From positions 1 to 64,000 of IMG/VR virus record IMGVR_UViG_2912740531_000001: 64,000 nt of DNA. The stretch is one strand, 5' to 3'. The notes beneath the pieces are model-generated. The model made no database searches. It was not told where the DNA came from and worked only from the letters and a program-made list of their open reading frames with translations. Shown here in pieces: positions 58,101-63,257 of this stretch (position 1 is the stretch's first letter; each line of letters opens with the position of its first letter). The translations under genes and the position numbers were made by a program. This stretch comes from a virus. Taxonomy: Duplodnaviria > Caudoviricetes.

Positions 58101-58924
58101 CGCACGTGACGATCAAGGAAGTAGGCGAAGCTGCTGGCCTCGTTGCGGTCCTTGAAGTCGCCTGCCATGTCCATGCGCTGGCCGGTCCCAATGGCGGTCA
58201 GGTACCAGCGACGGGTTGTGTCGTCGCGGAGGGCGAGCAGCCTGCCATTCGCGGTGGCCTGCAGTTCCTTCTCGACGGCCAGGTGCCGCAGGAACGTGGC
58301 CATGGCGGGCTTTTGACCGGGGTGCTCAGCGAGCTGCAGAAGGTGCCGACGGACAGCAGCGATGTCTTTGAACCGGTGGTTTCCAGGCGAGTTGATCAGC
58401 CGATTAGGCAGGTGATCGATGTCAACGACCTCGGGCTGGTCATCGTCGTCGTCGGGTCCGTCTCCGTCGTCGTCACCGATGGGGCGGCCCTGATCGTCGG
58501 TGTTGTGTGGATCGTTGGGGGTGTCGGGGTCCCCGTCGTCGTCCCGGCGCAGGCCGTTGCCGCGGCGCGGGTCCTTCGTGCGCCGCTCGTCCTCGGCAAC
58601 GACCTTGTCCTCGTTGTCCGTGGGCGCGGTGCCGTCGGGCCGGGCAACCATGGACACCCACTTGGCGCTGGTGGTGTGCCGTCGGCCGCGGAACTCGTTC
58701 GGGCCACTCTGGTCCTGGACGAGGACGCGGTCGTTGGGAAGCGCACGGACAACGCGTGCGAGCTTGCCACCCCACAAGCGAACCGTTCCGCCGGTCTCGA
58801 TAAACCTGCCCTTGCTGTCGCGTGGGTGCAGGGCGGGGTTCCACTTACGGCGGGCAGCCTTGACCTCGAGGTCGTCACTCAGGTCCTGCAACTCAGCGTG
58901 CGCAGCAGCGGGGCGATTCAGCAT
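46190..58924 (-). CDS. Giant (~4244 aa) multidomain head-module protein
   Basis: Uninterrupted 12.7 kb ORF with GC3 bias; N-terminal WNPALHPRDSKGRF; many repeated modules; ATG at 58924 lies 7 nt after the -10 element. Confidence 0.9.
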   Translation of the reverse strand: MLNRPAAAHAELQDLSDDLEVKAARRKWNPALHPRDSKGRFIETGGTVRLWGGKLARVVRALPNDRVLVQDQSGPNEFRGRRHTTSAKWVSMVARPDGTAPTDNEDKVVAEDERRTKDPRRGNGLRRDDDGDPDTPNDPHNTDDQGRPIGDDDGDGPDDDDDQPEVVDIDHLPNRLINSPGNHRFKDIAAVRRHLLQLAEHPGQKPAMATFLRHLAVEKELQATANGRLLALRDDTTRRWYLTAIGTGQRMDMAGDFKDRNEASSFAYFLDRHVRSGTGDGLGPDSRVFDFTDPNLDEVARTWQSSRGENIRAAIERARQEFDSSKKKPAAKKPAAARPRPSEPVAPAADAGSAAPVSREALKPGDRVKVTVSSSDIEWPMSTRNQPKPGTVTVEGTVAPTFSGGPGTRGAPLVDVTLTGPDGKVMVSGDTARVLRMPSQVAVSGHTDGFTPEELRADRVRVGDVIARGEFGHVVGRIDRYQGGRTFTTRNLGGRGEIDQFGTRPGDTLTVVPKARRRPEDVLRDVPDRTQQHPNSGDAKRAAARVLSDWGKVNELAEQQWPDGAPEEFRTLAQHMQNVTDTPKGTDGYQENADAMHGALTALHELDTEGVTQDLAKALHRLEEGLDDNADRFEADSRAITEKKRKRTAAESDAPKPDVPQPDAPEANTTVTLTPDEVSPQIDAVRPEGSKAPSSMDDGEIRDEIVSLMEREMANGGELSGVDRTRLRVLEAEEARRAGRKPKEEPKPKPKAPAEEPGGLFDVGPEEQQQFVADPNNPDDQADDPFGTPDMFADAEGRDTSKLRPPQSRKPMDFEEGDRFVDTQGRTHTVAEPPLRTPRGRIRVVDENGGEHFLAADRELRVLHPDEDAPEVPETDAPEGAAPSADSPAGETPEAEAPAPDAADAPSDADAPAAAEPAAAPNQVTIDHSGTGTVVRFPTPNGMVSDEEFAVLRSLGFKASRDRTQPRFFYLPSNMTLSRREDKVRRLKEWLDGRNVAYQAPEESTEKPELSEEQLEQLQGHYFAPAGTWAVTDFLPGDEVWTGRSWDTVDSIGPKNLRLQGRGPTPYDSVLARRRGGEIRTMFDEPADDGTPRPGATDPKTMRDDQIAAELAHLEGATLPEGNDPAARTVRRQVSARIHALTTARSERNFARRRDESHRRALASLVRDPAALAAKKAEQVQGRDGAPIGIVYQEKKGKWLFVDRDGRTPTSERYKTRAAAITALNKLTDARNERAGEGWKHSAWDDVQPDDTIRVPELGRSEDNRRRVVTGWSEPLEVSEIRRGDMGQVLITGRSGDEDVELEVPRTDATFGTAKPGIVPDREPSDAGDGLPWTQMTPDDFGQDERPAPTADPNAPRPTDEFGTPDLITNGTPDTPEAPGTAEGSDGPETSDTPGDETETARTVLDRLPELPPLPNLTGLSRQHKDDVRRIRGDYAKIRESLDGILAGDPPTGDAREDLRRVREQLDYVAGRLTRDLLPESDEAQSVRAGLFDLGQDLDRALAALPEREPEPQGDGPNGGTLFHPWDIRDGDLVRFDAENPADRDRSLAPYYGTFKGRAASASGDQGRTLVTYQSRRWNDDRQQWEPGDPTQHTVTMPPRGLVERFTPEQWDAWQRPGQSEDRDTADSATAPDAPIRDTSPADMTDEDIQAELEELQAWQNRHVSRTGEGPRIQGNAMLALSPVASRRGKLHEEQRNRDNARRDREKKEKKKQERAEALARAEIGKRNDDGSYPVTVDGEDAGTVSQLARKWRYTNADGQDSPDSYARRAEAVAALVRNRDVRRENADEDARREQARSEAPEGWALGDRDDVAENDVIRVPITRQDGNGRPYPVGWRQPVRVNSVSRNDNGTMVLSVSNLDGSRSDISPVFLSHPDDTFAWASDRTRPEPTPAWRHELRARMADIGDDIATLQSREGLQDPERIQRLQDLIQRVSRGETDDLQGDLRQIRDEAAWLESQFDDPDLELPYETRRTRSWATAARMKAERDLRYPDFQNTDGNADGPDNGPDLDGPNDDDRAGRAQGLFGEGMNAVGGESLPEMQELVDRLDRADSSEDRDAELRDIADRIDALAEQYELAGPQGELAADRFRRAARIARGEQDDSDERRGDDPDGQDDDRSTDGASNDGQDDDNRNEATDGGAQEGEEDEQQNDDQDDEERRQRNRDGDLDGGAADPDGEPDGGDAGTPDGDDSNDSSSGEGDGPESEDNDQDAPEGDEDDEKRRRRRRRRRDRGGNGGPGGGGPGGPGLPHLNLPDFNVPDATGDGGEGGSGSSGNRDGGRSRRSRHRDVDSLRNAWRTGEDLTAAEDTPERRSHLAELADREGLALSPEGGLAVYPEPQADGSTVWRFAQARNGTNLPGLTLTSDDPEEARTLAGRFEEITDRNGDPFDWHQPWGPASALAWRDGEGRSLPQALRAVQDDYEQERSGAFTLPEDLSTLSDPELEAAYRQGLGPDDELRVMAEMDRRDGYVDERIRAAVPDTPPADAEEAERRGRAMDEALGFGDTDVTQPASAAPGRLRREFDALDEERFQAAMEATGGRMLSSEAEAQGIDPRAVFSGTKYSNKRAKELASPELNLWIDGDDENVGHGRLTYPQYRQREADRVLRAEFADWDEARYRQAVDFTNGYFFKREYKFGALPFDERELFSGGSLSARDRWRQYASEELQEWFDNNGGRQTFAQFKQSRRDGDRRDRDLFEEEQRRAAETESGAPDDTAPFTADDVTPPPPFNPADVESEEDAAFRFGGHDRMKEFADRAELRPAGESESVWLDGQQIGTISNLYRSDPDREPVWDAHPFFGLDHDLNSRSQSRDTAIANLVIRALQDGPADPANPSDDVWDTVTVHLAGMTRELPELPESLRNNPEARARYERLTGTVDAFRDQRSPSGDLRDDLVQARDDFAWLRGLLPDTQRGGEQRDVLNDLDARAFWARRLLEGLGGPDSDTERPRAEDEPQGDGTTPSPAVPTPEPVKDPEDTVRPPAEPEPEPDPEPIGGQPAHWARVEDLVPGDMVRMNGTTKNGRPVQRAGYVHQGPVLVDVTRRGRTDQMWRTWVTENPDGTGASGNVYTSVNATAARAEAPDDVVPGSPASGAQAALRSGDLPDQIPTDGGGRGLFPGSTVTSTDDRGGTVTGATDTTVSVHWSDGNDDTAVSPTTVTVTYGQRPDGWTADGHRVTTQSVVSDNDGALLGPVDDVDGDTVTITTADGTITRSAGDLRVTGEVRDDAPEPVTGIDEPAAADLKDGDVVVLDLDGHLATVAITGEPSRDGDRVTLQYADTTTGEMGEIDVDARAVLPRAQGPDGGAPELGPDDAPRPADDLTVHPAPYTVEPVTGPTVDPDLTAGDRDVIGDHADGPEDNPDAHQAAVRITADLPVTPEQASALATQLRAAADPSTLEGRAALRAADHLDRAAGRTPPEGLDRPRPSNAAQVGDGDLVAMPDERRGDQVRVFRIIDAEDGPGGVRSFLLEDQENQQWRRRVVHGAMPVWQLPEAEPDPVTPPDVDDTDTTPDAPTTPATPDTLSSPDEPSVPVARVRPGSLRDGDVIDAPVSRTGYQFNGHRRLTIIGEPQRNGWWTQLTGMDEEGNVHDFGLHNGRTVNVYDRNRPTPALPPVGTPRDPNQVQQADVDRIVSDHARSLAARIIDEATAGTEPPGDIHALREQIAQRLTPEALSDARQATRRHAAAALDAAGITGRDRAAAQRRLRDTREQAHTDTVRAALRTINDLEPLPDESDEDLAARARDLLRLIPDQVAGRPSTTDPDSDPDVTQAVTGHADDAVNALLQQLQAAGVDPGDAERIARILTQHMAGSRQATARRIAARVAAASPDAGRQPGLLARIVALLIRMTKRLAELVKAGARKIAEKYSTARERLARLRAFLGRMVRRVRQWPESRRLARLHRAVNLPDADGESLAARISHWAGLMPEPGRFGQAQQRVTFRRPTTWGRLAAGRLPDRSDRIQWAPDRAADGGPGLTALRHMAALRAAGSDVDQDVTRRLSAALGDDFGDDPHATLQHADDYVATSERRLVNLQAARSGSTIPDDPDLEVEIDAARMELTAARREYAGLRARYAAAVPDAVAAALADIRDMGPEGNAAIVFGPDTNPDAERAVRGVQRLIPRAWLNTPESRRLTAVDGTQGRYEPEGQRITVADLADEGLGTAGHALAQHFARHLGDLDAAQRAFWFTRTHTGRPGARRMRRSALDRLLRRQQTQPETGDSLARSVQAMFNGDWYQDDDLRAFLLGLMATR

Positions 58925-58931
58925 GCCGCGG

Positions 58932-58961
58932 ACCATGCACACCGGAGGTGGTTAGCGTCGC
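58932..58961 (-). promoter_or_regulatory. Late-type promoter motif (leaderless giant gene)
   Basis: GCGACG-CTAAC..N18-CATGGT. Confidence 0.7.
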
Positions 58962-58996
58962 GCCGTGCTGATCGGGCGCGACGCCGTGATCGCGGC

Positions 58997-59248
58997 TTAC
59001 ATGGTCTCGGTGAGGATGTGCAGCAGGAACCACGCCGCGCCTCCGCCCAGAATGACGGTGAACAGCGCGCGGCCCGCCTTGGAGCTGCGGATCCGGAACA
59101 GCTTGCGGGTGTTCTCGCTGAGCGTGTCGTCGTCCTTCTTGTTGAATAGCGCGATGGCCTCGTAGACGAAGAAGAACGCCGTCCATGAGCCCCAGAGAAG
59201 TGCGCTGGTGTTCCTGCGGATGAAGGCGAGGGTGCGTCTCACAGTCAC
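58997..59248 (-). CDS. Small two-TM protein
   Basis: W...FFFVYEAIAL...DTLSENTR...WFLLH; GTGA overlap with the portal stop codon. Confidence 0.72.
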   Translation of the reverse strand: MTVRRTLAFIRRNTSALLWGSWTAFFFVYEAIALFNKKDDDTLSENTRKLFRIRSSKAGRALFTVILGGGAAWFLLHILTETM

Positions 59249-61707
59249 TCCTTGGGGCCGGTGTCGTAGTGCAGGCGGCAACGGCAGTTGATGGTCAGGG
59301 CGATCGGAGCGAAGGGGTCGCCGGGGTACCGGAGCTGGGCGCCGTCGATCTCGTACGGGGTACCAACGGGCAGGGTTTTGCCGTGCAGTGCCTTGTGCGC
59401 GGGCCGTACGCGGTCGTCCTGGCGCGTGATCCACGTCCGGACGACTCCGGGCCCGGCACTCTCCGCCGCGGCGTCAGCGGCCCCGTTGATGGTCGACACG
59501 GCGCACGTCTCCGCGATCCGTTCGACCCAGCCGAGTCCGGCGCGCTCGTAGAACCGGCCGACCGTCCGCTCCAGGTCCTCGAGCCTGAGCTCCGCCTCCG
59601 GGATGGTCTGGAGACTGCGCAGTTCCTCGGCCAGGTCGCCGAGCAGCGCGGCTACGGCCTGGCCGGCGTACAGCGCGGTGATGAGAGCAGAGGCGACGGC
59701 AGTCGAGGGAGCCGTGTCGGTGCCGGCGATGGCCTGGCCGAGCCTGCGGGCTGTGGTGGTCGCGGCCTGCTGCAGGATCGGGGCGAGGGTGTTCGTCGTC
59801 TCCTCTTCCCAGCGGGCCGCACTGACGACGCGGTCTTCGTCGATATTCGCGTCGCCGACCCGGGTGTCGTTCTCGTTCTCCGGCTCCCAGAACCGCGTGT
59901 ACTTGCGGATCTTCGGCGCGCGGAGCCGGGCGATGATGACCCCCTGCTGGCGTGCCAGAAGCGCAGTGAGGGCTGCCTGTATGGCCATGGAGAGGGCGTC
60001 GAAGTCGGTGTCGGTGACCTCGAAGCCCTCGACGGGCAGTGCCTTGGTCTCGAGATGGGCGCGCGCCTTCTCGACGTCCTCGGCGGCGGGGCCGGACTCG
60101 GGCTGGATGGTGGTGGCGAGGGCACGCGCCACATCGCCGGCAGCGTCTCCCGGGGCGGCTTCGGTGACTTCGGCGCGCGCCGCGGCAACGTCATCGGCCG
60201 CGGTCAGGGCCGGGCCGGAAGGCAGCTCGAGGGGCGCCTGCCCGCGGGCCATGGCAACGTCGTCAGCGGCGGTCGGGGCCAGTTCGAGTGCGCGGGCCTC
60301 GGCGACCGCCGCGGCGGCGGACTGGTCCCCGCCTGCTGCGGGCAGTGCGGCGTTCGGGTCGGCTCCAAGGCCGCCGCCGGCACCGGGTTCCGGGGCGAGG
60401 CCGAGCGCGGCGGCGTCCTGGTCGTTGGCCGGGACGGGGGCCTTCTGCGGGCTGATCCACAGGGCGCGGGACTGAGGAACGTTGAACCTGGGGCGCCCGG
60501 CGATGTCGCGGTACTCGTCGATGGTGATCAGACCCGCCTCGAACTCCTTGCGGGCCTCCTCGCGGGCCTGACGGCGGGGGAACTCGAGGGCCTGCACACC
60601 GCTGGTGTCGAAGCGGATCACCCAGTCGTCGGACAGTTCCGGGTCGAACGCCGACGCGATGAGGTTGAGGTGGGGCAGTTCGGTGTGGTCCCAGAAGTTC
60701 CACTCTTCGCGGTCGGCGTTGTTGAACGTCCGCTCGGAGGCGTTTCCGATGACGCTCTCGTAGACGCCGAACGAGGAGAGGATCTCGTTCTTCGCAGTGC
60801 TGGACAGCGTCTCGTAGGCCATCTCTCGCGGGCGGGCGGAGGTGTCGACGTAGGTAACACCACCGGGTCCTGTCCCGACGAGGGTGAGCTGCCCGGCATT
60901 GTGCGCGCCCGGGGCGAGGCGCTTCTGGATTCGCTCGACTTCGTTGGCGTCGACGCCGTCCAGGTCGATGCCGACGATGCCGCCGGGGCGGCCGTCGTTG
61001 TCGATAAAGCTGATGTTGTATGTGCGGGCCTTCACGTCCAGGTCGACCGACAGCCCGGCGGCCTCGAGCGGGGTCACGCCGCAGAAAGGATCGGTCGGGT
61101 GTGGATCACGCAGCCAGATGACGTACTTCGGCTTGAGCTCCCGGATGCTCCCGTTGTAATCCGTGAACTCGAAGTGCTTCACGTAGCTGGCGTTCTCGTC
61201 GTCCGGGATGATCTGGACGCGATCCGGTGGTAGCAGGTCAAGCCTGACCAGGACTCCGCCGCGGCTGTAGGTCTTCTCGATGAACACGCCCTTTTTGCTG
61301 AGTAGCAACTGGGCGCTGAGTCGCTTCTTGAAGACGTCGCCGGTCTCCAAGGGGTTGGCCTGCTTGTTCAGCAGCTTCAACAGCGGGTGGTCCTGGAGGA
61401 CTTCCTCGAACTGCCGCTCGTCGCCGCCGCGGCCGATCTGCACCGGCAGGGTGGAGGCGTGCTTGCTGATCGCCTCGACGCTCTTGAAGGTCCAGATGGA
61501 GCGTTCGTAGCCCTCGATGATGACGCGCTCGAGGTCCCAGCCGTCCGCGCGGCCGGGGGTGCCCCACACGTTCGTGACGCCGGCGTACGACATGGACGTG
61601 TAGACGCCCCCGGCGAGGAGGTCCTTAGTCTCCGCGGGTGCGGACGGCGGCTCGGCTGTTCTGGGGGCGAGTAGCCCGCGGAGAGTGGGGAGGAACTGGC
61701 GGGGCAT
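59245..61707 (-). CDS. HK97-type portal protein fused to a C-terminal MuF-like domain
   Basis: HPLLKLLNKQANP, GVTPLEAA, N.GRPGG, ILSSFGV, GLITIDEYR; C-terminal WITRQDDRVRPAH...YPGDP...INCRC. Confidence 0.92.
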   Translation of the reverse strand: MPRQFLPTLRGLLAPRTAEPPSAPAETKDLLAGGVYTSMSYAGVTNVWGTPGRADGWDLERVIIEGYERSIWTFKSVEAISKHASTLPVQIGRGGDERQFEEVLQDHPLLKLLNKQANPLETGDVFKKRLSAQLLLSKKGVFIEKTYSRGGVLVRLDLLPPDRVQIIPDDENASYVKHFEFTDYNGSIRELKPKYVIWLRDPHPTDPFCGVTPLEAAGLSVDLDVKARTYNISFIDNDGRPGGIVGIDLDGVDANEVERIQKRLAPGAHNAGQLTLVGTGPGGVTYVDTSARPREMAYETLSSTAKNEILSSFGVYESVIGNASERTFNNADREEWNFWDHTELPHLNLIASAFDPELSDDWVIRFDTSGVQALEFPRRQAREEARKEFEAGLITIDEYRDIAGRPRFNVPQSRALWISPQKAPVPANDQDAAALGLAPEPGAGGGLGADPNAALPAAGGDQSAAAAVAEARALELAPTAADDVAMARGQAPLELPSGPALTAADDVAAARAEVTEAAPGDAAGDVARALATTIQPESGPAAEDVEKARAHLETKALPVEGFEVTDTDFDALSMAIQAALTALLARQQGVIIARLRAPKIRKYTRFWEPENENDTRVGDANIDEDRVVSAARWEEETTNTLAPILQQAATTTARRLGQAIAGTDTAPSTAVASALITALYAGQAVAALLGDLAEELRSLQTIPEAELRLEDLERTVGRFYERAGLGWVERIAETCAVSTINGAADAAAESAGPGVVRTWITRQDDRVRPAHKALHGKTLPVGTPYEIDGAQLRYPGDPFAPIALTINCRCRLHYDTGPKE

Positions 61708-62054
61708 CAGGCCCCCTCGGACTCACGGCCGGTGGTGAGCGCCAGGCCAGCCGCAGTCACTGCGAGGGCGACGCCGATCCAGCCGAGGGGCACGCATAGC
61801 GCGAACGCGCAGCCGGTCAGACCGCTGTAACCGACGCCAACGGCTGTCCAGCGCAGGATGTGGGCAGCGCGTGAGGCGTCGGGCTTGGGGGCGATCAGCA
61901 GGCCCGTGGCGAGGATCCCGCCCATGGCGGCGGAGAGGCCTGCGGCCCAGTGGAGTGCGCCCAGCGCCACAAGGACACCGAGCACGCCGAAGGCGGTGAG
62001 GCACAGACCGGCGGCTTCGCGGGCGAGGGCCCTGGAGGTTCGCTGAGTAGTCAC
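61707..62054 (-). CDS. Small multi-TM protein upstream of the portal
   Basis: Four hydrophobic segments; GTG 7 nt after the -10 element. Confidence 0.72.
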   Translation of the reverse strand: MTTQRTSRALAREAAGLCLTAFGVLGVLVALGALHWAAGLSAAMGGILATGLLIAPKPDASRAAHILRWTAVGVGYSGLTGCAFALCVPLGWIGVALAVTAAGLALTTGRESEGA

Positions 62055-62061
62055 GCCGCGC

Positions 62062-62091
62062 ACCATGAACAGCGGGCGGCGCTAGTGTCGC
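62062..62091 (-). promoter_or_regulatory. Late-type promoter motif (portal operon, leaderless)
   Basis: GCGACA-CTAGC..N18-CATGGT. Confidence 0.7.
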
Positions 62092-62098
62092 GTGCTGC

Positions 62099-62623
62099 TC
62101 AGCGCTTGGGGCGGGAGACCCCGGACATGTAGGCGCTGATGCCGCGCCGGTTGATCGTGCCGCCGGGGATGATCCGCGCGTTGGGTGGCGGGGTGGGGAT
62201 CTTCCGCTTCGCACGCTGGGTCTTGTCCCCGCCGATCAGATGGCTATTGTCGATCTTGGCGGCGCAGTCATCGCCCTTGACCTCGTCGTACGGCCGACGG
62301 CAGCCCTTGCAATAGACCTCGAGCGCGTCGACGCGCTGTCCCTCGGTGGCTTTGAACGAGCCGCGGTAGTCGGCGACGCTCGCGATCTTCGGCGTGACCT
62401 CGACCTCGGCGGCCACAACCCAGACGTGGGAGAGGTCCGGCGCTTCGGGTTCGGCGGCGGGCTCCGATGGGGGAGTGGTCTGCTGCTCGGGTGTGGGCCC
62501 CGGCGTGGCGGCCGGGGGCGCGACCGGCTGGGAGTCCGGCTCGGGTTCGAGCCAGGCGAAAAGGCTGTCCTGCAGATGGGAGCGGCCGGTCTCGGGCGAG
62601 AGGGGGGCTGTCGCGGTCGTCAC
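62099..62623 (-). CDS. Hypothetical protein with a CxxC...C...H putative Zn site
   Basis: YCKGCRRPY...DCAA...HLIGG and a basic C-terminus; RBS GGAGGA. Confidence 0.75.
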   Translation of the reverse strand: MTTATAPLSPETGRSHLQDSLFAWLEPEPDSQPVAPPAATPGPTPEQQTTPPSEPAAEPEAPDLSHVWVVAAEVEVTPKIASVADYRGSFKATEGQRVDALEVYCKGCRRPYDEVKGDDCAAKIDNSHLIGGDKTQRAKRKIPTPPPNARIIPGGTINRRGISAYMSGVSRPKR

Positions 62624-62677
62624 CGTTCCTCCGGATCACTGCGGGGTTGACGTAAAGTGCAACCCCCTTCACTGCCG

Positions 62678-62707
62678 GAACGCCAACGGCCGTGTTCTGT
62701 TACACCT
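62678..62707 (-). promoter_or_regulatory. ECF-type promoter 3
   Basis: AGGTGTAAC-N16-CGTTC. Confidence 0.65.
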
Positions 62708-62741
62708 GCAGCCCGACGCACCGGAGTGCGCCGGGCACATG

Positions 62742-63257
62742 TCATTGAGACGCGAGCTCGGCGGGATACGAATTCTGCACAACACCGTCTTCCAGGTAGA
62801 CGGTCTCGTCGATGGCAAGTGCCTGCAGAGCGAAAAGGACCCGCGGCCTCGCCATAGTGGGCAGCCGGCTAATGACGACATCAGTGGGCAACACACGCAG
62901 CTCCCCACGCGGATCTCGGTAGGTGAGCGGGGTAACGTCACCGCGGGACATGGAAGCGGTCGCGAGGACGTGTGTGATGACCTTCCGCCGCCGCATCTGC
63001 TTCTGGTCCAGCACGACGCGCCGCAGAACAGGGATTCCGCTCATTGCGCCACCTAGAACGTGCTGGGCTGCCTGCCACGGACTCTCTCCCACGTGGACGG
63101 CGTCGACGGGTAACACGATGCTGCCCAGGGTCTCGGCCACCAGCAAGCAATCAGCCCCGACCGGGACGAGGAGCTGAACGCCGACCACCGGCGGCCGCCA
63201 GTTCTCGTATCCACCGCGACGGCGTGCCGCAGGTATCGCAGCCGTGGCCGGCATCAC
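62742..63257 (-). CDS. Degenerate Nudix-fold protein
   Basis: LP...V..GESPWQAA remnant lacking REUXEE; TTA codon at 63113-63111. Confidence 0.55.
   Translation of the reverse strand: MMPATAAIPAARRRGGYENWRPPVVGVQLLVPVGADCLLVAETLGSIVLPVDAVHVGESPWQAAQHVLGGAMSGIPVLRRVVLDQKQMRRRKVITHVLATASMSRGDVTPLTYRDPRGELRVLPTDVVISRLPTMARPRVLFALQALAIDETVYLEDGVVQNSYPAELASQ

Noticed and set aside
46190-58924. Inteins/Hint domains in the giant protein (A.DL..GD motifs)
   Set aside because: No N-terminal C/S block or C-terminal HN motif seen with them; more likely small SH3/KOW-like barrels.
47801-59149. Very long plus-strand ORFs (816, 606 and 1315 aa)
   Set aside because: Antisense shadows of the giant gene caused by high GC3; no motifs or RBS. 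The same applies to most overlapping ORFs in the track.
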